Positions 18,801 to 26,417 of a stretch of 64,000 nucleotides of DNA are shown in pieces. Each line of letters starts with the position of its first letter. Position 1 is the first letter of the stretch. Source of the stretch: Chthonomonadales bacterium (GTDB lineage: Bacteria; Armatimonadota; Chthonomonadetes; Chthonomonadales; CAJBBX01); the NCBI GenBank assembly GCA_037443035.1, contig JBBIPC010000007.1:96001-160000 (forward strand). The letters are read 5' to 3'. Both the position numbers and the translations under genes were made by a program. The notes beneath the pieces are model-generated. The model saw only the letters and a list, made by a program, of their open reading frames with translations. It was not told where the DNA came from and did no database searches.

Positions 18801-21263
18801 ATCGGGCTGCCCAGGGGTACCCGGGCCCGTCGCGATGGTTGCGGGGAAGGGCTCTCCAGCCGCGTTCGTTCGGCCCGCTGGATCGAACGCATAGATGCGT
18901 CCGTTCTGATTCCCGATAACGATCATGGGAATCCGGACGACGTTGGGTGGGGTCCCCTTCTCCACCTCCACATATAGAGGCGACGACAGGAAGCTGCCAA
19001 GCTCGGGCACCTTGTTGATGACGGCATACGGACCGTCCGCGTGACCCGTGCTGCGATCCGGCTTCAGATCGCCATCGATCCCTTGCGACGTTCTGTTGTT
19101 CTGAGGATCCGCGAAGTAGTTGGGGTCATCCTGCGGAAAGTCGAAAACGCCGTTGCCATTCAGGTCATCGTCCGGGTTCGGGTTGCTGATGGACGGATAG
19201 ACCCAGTACGCCGTCGTTAGCGTGCTTCGCGGAGCACTGCCGATGGGGTCCACACCGACGGCGTCCAGCGCCCAGAGATGACCGTCCGTGGTGGCAAAGT
19301 AGACCACATCGCGGACGGTCCCGGATGGCCAGCGCACTCGCGCCAGGAGCGGCGAAGCTACAACACTGTTGGCCGACTGGGACTCCGGCACGAAACGCAC
19401 GGCGTCGGCCACCAGCACGCGGCTGGCATCCTCGGCCATGTCTCTCGACGATTCATTGGTCAGCACTACTTCGCAGTGCTGAGTCGTGCCGTCGTTGCTC
19501 AGCTTGAAGCGTATGCCCGTAGCCAGCAGCCGCCACATGCCCGTTACCGGACTGCCCGAGGCGGTGTTCCGCTGATCCAGGCGCACCTCCACGGAACCGT
19601 CCTCCGTAGGAAGGCGGTACGTGGCGTACCTGGCGAAGTTCGTCGTTCCCGAACCTGCCGGAATATACACGTAGACCGAGAACGTCTGCGGCGTTGGCCC
19701 CTTCACAGGCACATCGGCGGCCCAATGCGCCTCCAGGGTGTTCGTCGCGGAGACAGGAGTCCAGCGGTACTGAGTTCCATAGGGCTGGTGGTTCGCATCC
19801 GTCTCGATGGTCCAGGACGGAGGCGACGGCACAGGCGATGTCACCGTGAAACCGCTTCCGGGGGCGTCAATGTCGTCAATCGTCACGGGCACGATGGGCA
19901 CAGATCGAGTCGGGTAGCGCCAGCGCAATCGCCCATAGGTTCCATTGGCAGGTGCGACCGGATCCACGCGGTCCTCTAAGCAATAGAAAACGGCGGAACG
20001 GATGCTCGTGGTCACGTCGGCCACTACGGGATTCGTGGACGCATTCCCCGTTGTGGCCGGTTTCGTGGGATCCAGCGGGATACCCACAAAGCCGATGGGA
20101 TTGGTGTAGTGTGCGGCAGTCGGGAACAAGATCTGAGGGCCCGTCGTCTCGTCGCGCCCGAAGAACGTGAGTTGCGTATAAGGCTGAGAGGTATCTGCCC
20201 CAGGCGGGAATGCGGCGCTGATGGCCGGCGCGTGGACATCGCCACGCATGGACTCCGGCACGAGCCGGACTGCGTCCGCCGTCACCAAAGGCTTGTAGGG
20301 ATACGCGTCGCTATCATCCACATTGTCCGGTACGTCTGCGTACAACGTTACGCGAATAGGGTTCGTGCCGTCATATGGGAAGTACCGATCATCGCCTGCT
20401 CCCGAGCGTACGCGAAGCCAAAACCCTCCGGTCTGGCCGAAATCCAGCATGAAGATGCGGCTCGTTACGGGATCGTTCACGTCAGCGCCCCAGCTCACAC
20501 GCACGAAGACATGATCCGCGTTGGGATGAGCCCGAGGTGCTCCATCGTGATCGATGAGCGTGCCGCTGGCGGGGAACCGAATGTACACCGCGTACCGAAC
20601 CCCTGGAGCGAGCGGTGTGGCGTTGGCTGCGTCGGGTGATACATTGACGGTGCCCTGGTAGGTATTCACCGGATACTTCGTGCCGAACGACCAGCGTGCA
20701 TAGTGACTGCTATTCCGCAGCTCCTTCTCTACGATGCCGTAGAGTGTCGTCGTCTGGGTGGGGTTGTCGGGGTCCGGTATTGGCGCGTAATCCAGGTTCG
20801 GCAATCCCTTCAGAACATCCGTACCGATGGCCTGCAGACGTGCGTTCGCGATGGCTTCCAAGTAGACGTAGTCACCGATCTTGTCGCGGTCGGCGTCGGA
20901 CGGCGGCCAGGCTCCGGATGCCCGGGAGGCTGCCGCAGGCCACACCCACGATCCGCTCGTCTCGAAGCCCTGACCGGTAGCGTTGGGAGCGGGTGGCGGC
21001 AGCTTGCTGTTATCCACGACGATCTCGGCGGGCATGTCCCGAGAGGGCGGCCATACCCAGACCGGTCCCAGGCTCCTATTCAGAGTATGATCGAGACCTG
21101 GATCCGCGTTGTGTCCTTGCCGTGTCGTTGTGCCGCGGTGCTGGAGCCAGTCCTTGTCCGTGAACTGCGCTCCAGCGCTGGCAGCCAAGCACGCAGCGGC
21201 CATGGCCGCAACGAGGTGCAGCGCCGAGTATCTTCTGAGCATGAAGCTTTCACCTGATTTCAT
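12885..21263 (-). CDS. giant (~2790 aa) secreted protein: two golvesin/xanthan-lyase CBD-like domains, PQQ-like beta-propeller repeats, Ca-binding loops; PilY1-like position
   Basis: Sec signal (LHLVAAMAAACLAASAGA|Q); ADAVRLVP and ADAVRFVP domain ends; VVYFATTDGHLWALDA, IVIGNQNGRIYAFD, VIVGAGDGHVYCVD, VFVANRDGRVFALDA blades; DLNGNG and DSNGDG loops; start 21263 or 21242. Confidence 0.8.
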   Translation of the reverse strand: MKSGESFMLRRYSALHLVAAMAAACLAASAGAQFTDKDWLQHRGTTTRQGHNADPGLDHTLNRSLGPVWVWPPSRDMPAEIVVDNSKLPPPAPNATGQGFETSGSWVWPAAASRASGAWPPSDADRDKIGDYVYLEAIANARLQAIGTDVLKGLPNLDYAPIPDPDNPTQTTTLYGIVEKELRNSSHYARWSFGTKYPVNTYQGTVNVSPDAANATPLAPGVRYAVYIRFPASGTLIDHDGAPRAHPNADHVFVRVSWGADVNDPVTSRIFMLDFGQTGGFWLRVRSGAGDDRYFPYDGTNPIRVTLYADVPDNVDDSDAYPYKPLVTADAVRLVPESMRGDVHAPAISAAFPPGADTSQPYTQLTFFGRDETTGPQILFPTAAHYTNPIGFVGIPLDPTKPATTGNASTNPVVADVTTSIRSAVFYCLEDRVDPVAPANGTYGRLRWRYPTRSVPIVPVTIDDIDAPGSGFTVTSPVPSPPSWTIETDANHQPYGTQYRWTPVSATNTLEAHWAADVPVKGPTPQTFSVYVYIPAGSGTTNFARYATYRLPTEDGSVEVRLDQRNTASGSPVTGMWRLLATGIRFKLSNDGTTQHCEVVLTNESSRDMAEDASRVLVADAVRFVPESQSANSVVASPLLARVRWPSGTVRDVVYFATTDGHLWALDAVGVDPIGSAPRSTLTTAYWVYPSISNPNPDDDLNGNGVFDFPQDDPNYFADPQNNRTSQGIDGDLKPDRSTGHADGPYAVINKVPELGSFLSSPLYVEVEKGTPPNVVRIPMIVIGNQNGRIYAFDPAGRTNAAGEPFPATIATGPGTPGQPDTPGIPGTTRRLMTWPTLARDKWLDKGGTLLPDGSFGGYTDDPAKTSFAASPSAPKLDAQFRTDRVIVGAGDGHVYCVDLQTLDPRVRISNPANDGKAIWQWPEATTRLDPIVLPGALTDSGKYVFSAGGRVYCIKAPANASGQPKDAGGFLQPEWTYPYANSPANPAKSGDVAAEQTAFTAPVWVPQVNNGAGVELNGGKEVVFVANRDGRVFALDASRTGNPTSGGLLWESWSRGSTRASAVYLDHLLPQPWYQDTFTGDKFPAILLPLDTGAIIGLSALGQGRLTAGDLMWSYTDAMIGRVPLTAMGANGPLTDPVIYPTAVGQRGADAVTPNSWMFCADEGNRDTGEVNGQMRAYWRAKTAADGAGLGMVTPDEPYYSDEPDETSMTMKLVELWYGKGDTPPKGVPLAYDFFGLPEDNADKLSPLTEWNSGHERQYTLTSPDKLIVYEWGDTIYAAAWGVVVSTSANPPLPTVTFRLFGAGQTRPPLTVGAVRDYAAPTPPVPPSPPYPAGSQFYAWVAKVAIPLGRGSQADAQTPGRRYTILAQAQLATETGVQVSSLQLAAGQATIDKNTSDPYGLDGSLATTLKVTTRKEISIAHPLALTTRAVPTGAQIGPSALNIIGWVSAVPNAVAAQEVLANGNNRYNPPAGQPPLKSVVAPLGFITHGSSATYLGADSQGRRHDALFIADRSNLYKLNQRLNNVRVERRGLRWGWDPNASDPFIRATGNVMNPLPWEVFPANLPNTSPDYPDIDRTAARVRMGGVDLAGKPATLPNKSLNGELRYVPLELTVSVPKYQPANVNLTYFDINNNPYNPTGAVPGLAAPMLIQLGRPPQTPSEAPAGTLAPSAGYYGDIVVYIDSNGDGRYQGTAIQTQAAQVTQTAREEVFRQFSTGVAVPPDLSLRAEEETIDLGKVPHSAGYAPGMPFSPNGVGLYLGSTSPFDDPYGLRMFAPFTIKNTGNVNLVNLRVAKLAGDSPDAWAYPGSWARLQSDQVSPFLPVYDGQGRLVTGTAPGHPFDMPLAWQLNSPLLGKSLPMPFNVDLTPGSNYGIISSLDHDNSAGLPIEPFLFWPFDLRMVPGFSKLRPDLVPGNPYVRPGNPLGWGVGLNVRPTLHKPLPGDSGPTVLSIPDVAHGDPFGLLPELRRIGVDVRPRIGIAPPLGTPAGTYSAPVYVFEDNYPAQWRAWLSIYNAADNPLAAAIDDNGVPDFRSYVDPNDRQSSVSAPVESMVQNPFRLKIQVTEARLTNAPAVRPWPTGPYMQQDGTLPQVDLRAPTAQNPSGAAFGANLMPSVVFHTTGSGNAPSTAILLAWTSNRPENFAAGPTMQDVPWGIFYAQLNGAASAFDPAGGWGSSAPLLFGWRFEVAVGTPARWWSPTGLATPFPPLGATQALFPSQSSDVVAGARTQVVPGVIPVNQLGQPMVVHGAPSLVLDQSPTGRSPDLWLFWQGAVNKTAGGAGGASLDARTFYVPIARSGNGVYAPDLSSAPGGIPYSFPNDPTLQKQGVRPLVVGGTGFVFWYGGTSGRTRLYYNVNAYDPNRNPDGMRNASGWSADIALPTPGGLQGLSNPIPVPRRLHPDQRAASTITHVDVVYTAAFADRGQPETFMTRYELQRLAVGQAQQAVTPFPRVENELVARYGASQSWIARDVAWIYRDPNTGAFVDGTGNSPWIVIRVNGTRVNVGAPVFDAPTGKLYFNSTLGGRVVVDPQSGTITFPDVAPKINDAVTVSYTPQTIRLNVTRSDTGVISVPAGWQSDAGFAPQPAVQAPGANTGAVALLDLSDNPRRITQPDAVRPGAQSVRPTTVSRLWLIYRKTGSNVASSGGLYFKTMRLMVRLPRPVVRNADGTIGSNIQVSGNRGPVEIDWLRGRLYFTEIDEGATIHVVQALSGGGAVEADYRVSWGDELTVAATPGDQTTGEASLPTDAAVNEGQVTAVKDPFVDRVWVFWASTRSGTTDLYYMTVSPSFYPQTYP

Positions 21264-21387
21264 GTGCCACGACCTCACCGAACCACCTGCCGATCCCTTT
21301 CACCGCCTTGCGCCACGGCTTCCAGCGTATCCGTGTCGCCCGCTTCGCCGACCGAGGTATCGCTTGGTCCTCTGCCAGCCGCGCCAA

Positions 21388-24300
21388 TCAGTACGGCCTA
21401 TCCGCGAACGCCGGCTGCTCCAGGATGGACGTCCACGTACCGCGGTCCTTGTCACCCACGGTGCGCCGAATGCCACCAGGCGGATCGCCACCGAACGTCG
21501 TATTCGTGTCGCCGGGCCTGTGGATGACCGCGTAAGGAGGCCTTGGAACCGACTCGCTGGGCACCCTACGAATGATGCTTGCCTGCGGCACTTGCTGGGT
21601 CACACCGTTGATGATGTATGTGCCTCCATCGTTCGGCCACAGGAAGTTGCCTAGCGGACTGCTGATGACACCGTAGTCCGGCACGTAGCCATGCCCGGAT
21701 CCGAAGTGGAAGGTGGATGGCTTGACCACGAATACTTCCCCATGGAACGCGCTGCTGCTGATGACGTTCACGGTGGTGCCGAAGACGCCCGGATAGTCTT
21801 CGCCGCTGAACCGATTGGCGATAAGATACTGCCGAAGCGTGGGGAACGTCGGGTTCTCCGCCGATGCTGTCAGCCTCACCACGCAGGACGCCTGGAGCCT
21901 CTTGCCTGTCATGGCGAAGTAGTCCTCCGCTGTGAGCAGCCATTCCACATCGAACACCGGCTCGATGTAAGGCGGGCTGTTGTCCGGGTGGTCCACAAAG
22001 TTGAGCCTCACCTGGTACACGCCATTGGCATCAGCGAGAAGGAACTTCGTGACGAGGTTGCCGCCCTCCATCTCCTTGAACGAGGAGAGCCATGTGGGGT
22101 TCAGGATGGGCTGGATGCGCACCGAGGGCGTCCCGCCGCTGTCCACCGGTATTCGCAGATTCGTCACCACGGCCAGGGGATCGCCCGTCTCCTTCAGAAT
22201 GGCCACCGAGCCACCGCCCGATTCGAGGGCTTCGCCGCTTCCCACAGTCGCCGTCAGCGGCACGTTCCGGTCCACCATGCGCGCATTGGACACCGTAGCC
22301 ACGGTCAGGTACCGCAGGTCGAGAGGCATGGCGTTGGGATCGTATGGATTCTCGCGCCAGTAGCTCGGCAACGCGGGCAGTTCGGAGTTCCGCATGACGA
22401 TGCGCTGCACAGCGCGGTATCGGTACCGCTTCCCCTGTCGCGCCAGAGTGCTGCTGACGTAATTGAGCTGGCGCACCATGAGGGGTTCACCACTCGCCTT
22501 GACGACGTCTATGATCTCGACCACACGATAGTTGCCCGAGTCCGCGATTAGATAGTGCATGACGTACCCAGGACCGGTATAGCTATAGGGACCACCCTGA
22601 ATGGCCAGGTTAGGCTGGAACTCCACCCAGTACGAACAGTCGGTCGGCTCGTTCAACACCATCGGGTCGCCAGGCCGCAGCAGTCCTTTGTAATCGTCCT
22701 GGAACCTGCTGACCTCCCAGCGAGCATAACCACCTCGGTCAATGGCCACGACACGATTGTTGCCCGTATCCACCACAAGGATGTCGTTGTTGCCGATACG
22801 CCTGGCGACGGACGGCCGTCGGAAGGGCACGCGCTGGCCAGCCGGTATCCCTGTGCCGATGATGGGGTTCGTCGGATCTGTGTAGTCGGTGAGCGGCCCA
22901 TTGGCTATGTCGAACGTACGCGTACCGTCGCAGGCCCAGACCGCCTCGCCCGCCGCATTCACCTCCAGGAGCCTTCCGGAGTCCGCGATGAGCGTAACCG
23001 TATCCTCCATGGCGAAGACGCCTGCACCGGTGGCCATCGCCATCACGCCGCCCGACACCGCGGGCGCTGCGATGGCAGGTTGCGCCGGCACGACGTCGCC
23101 CCGTACAGCTAACGGAGCCGTCACCCATCGGTACGGGACTTCACTACCGGTCGCCTGGAACTCCGGATTGCTCGCGGCAGGATCGGCATCCACAGACACA
23201 ACAGACCCATCCGCAAGCCCGACCCAGACGATATCTCCCAACACCGTCGGCGATGAAGCTGCCGGAGCGGGCAGAACGCTGAACCACAGTAGGTTATCCA
23301 CGTTGTCCGGTCCGCCGCGTCGCCAGCCATCACTATCGGCCCGCGTGGGGATGCTGACGACCTCTGGTCCGTTGCCTACCTGGACGACAAACGGCACGGA
23401 TGCACTGATATAGGCAGCCGCAATGGCTCCAGGAGGCGCCATGGCCGTTATGTGGATCGTGCCACTCTCGTAGTCCACGGTATACTGGCCCGCTGCCAGT
23501 TCGATCCACGGTTCCTGCTGCCCGCCACGGTCCACGAAAAGGTTCGGTTGCCGAACGCGCACTCGGGTACCCGGATCGATGCGCGTATTGAGCCTGAGAA
23601 CGAACTCCGGATCCGCCTTGAACGCACATAGCACCGATACCGGTTGGCCACCCTGTGCGACGCCAGATGCGACGGCGTAGACCGTCTCACCGTGTACCGC
23701 AGGAGTACCGAAGAATCGCATGTGGGTGAGAAACACACCGTTCGACCGGCGCATGCGTGCCGGGATGCTGACCCGGTTTCCGTTCACGGTCATGTCGAAA
23801 GCGTCGTAGAGCGAGTACGTCCAGCGTACACGGCTCTGGTTGGAACCCTGTTCGTGAACCGCGATCAGGGCGCTGCGTCCCGGGTACGTATCTGAATCGT
23901 TGGATGCGCGACCCGTGAAGTAGAGCAGATCGTTCCTGGCCAGGGCCGGTGCGCCACCGATACTGTTGTTGCTGTCTGTGGGATCCGGCGCCACGAAGAC
24001 CGAGCGTGCGTTCACCTTCGGGTACGTGCTGCCCACTGGCGGTGCCCAGTCGTAGGTGTAATCCGCCAATATCGTAACAGCCTCGTCAACCGGAGACACC
24101 GAGCGTAGTCCCACACGCGTTCCGTCGGGCAGCTCGATGTTCGTGAACTCGACCACCGGCCCGGTTTTGACGCGAGCCTCACCCATGTCGAACAGTTCAT
24201 GCCATTGGTTGTTGCCCGGGTTGCCCGAAGTTGTGTACTCCAACTCGCGGAACCCGTAGGCGCCATCGGCGGCGCTCCTGTAGACGGCCACCACGCGCGG

Positions 24301-26391
24301 CCGCAAGGCAGGGTTACTGCCAACTCCGAGGTAGATGTACCACGGAACACGGGCCCGGCTCCGGAAGATCCGATCGGGAGCAGTTACCAGGTTCAGAGGC
24401 TCCCCCTTCACGCTGAAGGGGATTGCGCGCACGGACGCTGGCTGGCCCGTGCGAGGGCTCACGTTCACGTAGATCATCTTGTCCGTGGCGCCGGTCAGGT
24501 CATCCCGCACGTATCCCACCGTCGGAGCACTGCGGAGCGGCTCGGTGCCAGGTGCGTCCGGCACCAGCCCCTCGCCGGTTCCCGCGGGGCTGCCAATGTG
24601 GAAGGGGCTTCCGCCGGTCGCCGGGTCTATGGCCAGTACTCGCCCACCTGCGCTCGTGCTCAGCGCGGCAAAGATGACACCCTCCGAGAAGGCGACCGCG
24701 GGCACGGGATCCGTCGGCCCGAGCCCATAGTCTGTTGCGCCCGTCTGAGCAGGCAGAACCGCCCAGTCAGCGACCGTGTAATCCGCGAGACCTGCGTACT
24801 GAACCCCGTTCACCGTTCTCAATGCCACTGGCAATGCACGCACCGCCACCACCGTGCCGTTGGAGAGCACGACGACGACCAGCTCGCGGTTCGGCGACGT
24901 CAGCAGCCCGGGCGCCGCTGGTGGATTGGTGTCGAAGAACTCGATCACGGTTGGAGTGGACGCGCCACTGATGGGTCCGTACTGCTTTAGGTCGAACGCC
25001 CAGACGCAGTCGAAGGACGCGCCCGCGTTCAGATCCACCAGACCGTCATCCGGATTGCCGTCTCCGTCCAGATCCTCTCCTGGATTCGTATCGAAGCAGC
25101 GCAAGACGAGGTCGCCACCTACGGCGAAGACGCATCTTCGCAGGAACGCGGCTCCGCCTACTCTGGACGTTCCTCCTCCAGGAGCCGACCACTTCTCATC
25201 GAGCTGGGCAGGCACTCCCTCGATAGCCGAGCCACTTCGCCGCGGATCCACGAAGGCAGTGCGATGCGCCACCGCCCAAAGCGCCAGGTTGTAGGCGAAT
25301 TTCAGGTCCTGGGGCTTGGCCGCCAAGAGGTTCTGGCCGCTGATGGCTCCACAGTTGCCGCCGAATCCCACCTGCACTCCGCCCACATAGTCGTTGATTG
25401 CGCACCCTGTGTCTTGCGAGCTGACGACTAGCTTGCCTGCGCCCACTGCACCGGCGATTACGTAGGGGCGCCAGTTGGCGTTGGCCGTTCCGCCGGGGCC
25501 TTCCGGGTATCCGCGCGTGTTCCATACGACGGGCACGAGTGTCTCCCGTCCCGGAGGGTTCAGGGCGTTCTTGCCAGCAGACGGATCATAGTAGGTGGGG
25601 TCCGATGGATCGTAGGGATTGAAGACGTACCACCCACCGACGTTCTTGTCACCCAGCGTCCGCACCTCCTGAGGGCTCAGGACGTAGGGGTAGTTCAATA
25701 AGGGATGGTTCGGGGTGGCGATGACGGCTCCCGGCTGTCCAGGACCACCGGCCGATCCGCCGCTATGGAACTGGATGTCGAATAGGAACGGAGCGTAACG
25801 GTTGAAGGTGAAGCCCCCGCACTGCTCCACCCACAGGGTGCCGCCACTCTCCACATAGCTCCGTAACTTCTCGCGGGTGTCAGCCGGCAGGGCCACGTCT
25901 GGCTTGTGCGAGTGCATGTACAGCAGGTCGAACTGCTGGAGATCCGAGGATTCCAGCGCGTCAATGTTGACCTCCCAGTAGGCACCCATGTTCTTGGTCA
26001 CACGTGCACCCACACGGAAGAGCTCGTACATCGGGTTCCCCGGCGTGAACGCGGGATCGTTCCCTCGGCTCCGCCGCCGCCATCGCTCGTGGATGTCGCC
26101 CGTGATAACGGCAGGAGCCAGCGGATTCACGAACTCCACGCCGGTTGGCTTCAGATCCGTCCGCGAGTCCAGCACATAGAACACGTGTGGATCGGGGTTC
26201 TCGGAGCCCTGGTTGCCTGGCAGGTCGAGTGCCCGCGTCGCGATGATGCCCACGCGTATCTGGCGCCTCTGCGAGGAGTACGTCTGGGCGTCAGCGAGGG
26301 CAGACCCCGCCGCCAGGACCAGCAGCGCCCCAACCAGCGTGATACGCACACTCAAGCCATATTGCATCGGTCTCATCGCCGTATATCCCAT
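21388..26391 (-). CDS. giant (~1670 aa) secreted protein: DUF4159-like N-domain, PQQ-like and NHL-like propeller repeats
   Basis: Sec signal (LVGALLVLAAGSALA|D); FDLLYM...KLRSYVESGGTLWVE..G; VWVGLADGSVVSVDA; ILVVDTGNNRVV, LIADSGNYRVVEI; DLDGDG loop. Confidence 0.78.
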   Translation of the reverse strand: MGYTAMRPMQYGLSVRITLVGALLVLAAGSALADAQTYSSQRRQIRVGIIATRALDLPGNQGSENPDPHVFYVLDSRTDLKPTGVEFVNPLAPAVITGDIHERWRRRSRGNDPAFTPGNPMYELFRVGARVTKNMGAYWEVNIDALESSDLQQFDLLYMHSHKPDVALPADTREKLRSYVESGGTLWVEQCGGFTFNRYAPFLFDIQFHSGGSAGGPGQPGAVIATPNHPLLNYPYVLSPQEVRTLGDKNVGGWYVFNPYDPSDPTYYDPSAGKNALNPPGRETLVPVVWNTRGYPEGPGGTANANWRPYVIAGAVGAGKLVVSSQDTGCAINDYVGGVQVGFGGNCGAISGQNLLAAKPQDLKFAYNLALWAVAHRTAFVDPRRSGSAIEGVPAQLDEKWSAPGGGTSRVGGAAFLRRCVFAVGGDLVLRCFDTNPGEDLDGDGNPDDGLVDLNAGASFDCVWAFDLKQYGPISGASTPTVIEFFDTNPPAAPGLLTSPNRELVVVVLSNGTVVAVRALPVALRTVNGVQYAGLADYTVADWAVLPAQTGATDYGLGPTDPVPAVAFSEGVIFAALSTSAGGRVLAIDPATGGSPFHIGSPAGTGEGLVPDAPGTEPLRSAPTVGYVRDDLTGATDKMIYVNVSPRTGQPASVRAIPFSVKGEPLNLVTAPDRIFRSRARVPWYIYLGVGSNPALRPRVVAVYRSAADGAYGFRELEYTTSGNPGNNQWHELFDMGEARVKTGPVVEFTNIELPDGTRVGLRSVSPVDEAVTILADYTYDWAPPVGSTYPKVNARSVFVAPDPTDSNNSIGGAPALARNDLLYFTGRASNDSDTYPGRSALIAVHEQGSNQSRVRWTYSLYDAFDMTVNGNRVSIPARMRRSNGVFLTHMRFFGTPAVHGETVYAVASGVAQGGQPVSVLCAFKADPEFVLRLNTRIDPGTRVRVRQPNLFVDRGGQQEPWIELAAGQYTVDYESGTIHITAMAPPGAIAAAYISASVPFVVQVGNGPEVVSIPTRADSDGWRRGGPDNVDNLLWFSVLPAPAASSPTVLGDIVWVGLADGSVVSVDADPAASNPEFQATGSEVPYRWVTAPLAVRGDVVPAQPAIAAPAVSGGVMAMATGAGVFAMEDTVTLIADSGRLLEVNAAGEAVWACDGTRTFDIANGPLTDYTDPTNPIIGTGIPAGQRVPFRRPSVARRIGNNDILVVDTGNNRVVAIDRGGYARWEVSRFQDDYKGLLRPGDPMVLNEPTDCSYWVEFQPNLAIQGGPYSYTGPGYVMHYLIADSGNYRVVEIIDVVKASGEPLMVRQLNYVSSTLARQGKRYRYRAVQRIVMRNSELPALPSYWRENPYDPNAMPLDLRYLTVATVSNARMVDRNVPLTATVGSGEALESGGGSVAILKETGDPLAVVTNLRIPVDSGGTPSVRIQPILNPTWLSSFKEMEGGNLVTKFLLADANGVYQVRLNFVDHPDNSPPYIEPVFDVEWLLTAEDYFAMTGKRLQASCVVRLTASAENPTFPTLRQYLIANRFSGEDYPGVFGTTVNVISSSAFHGEVFVVKPSTFHFGSGHGYVPDYGVISSPLGNFLWPNDGGTYIINGVTQQVPQASIIRRVPSESVPRPPYAVIHRPGDTNTTFGGDPPGGIRRTVGDKDRGTWTSILEQPAFADRPY

Positions 26392-26417
26392 CGCCACCGG
26401 CCGTTCTGTGCGCACCG

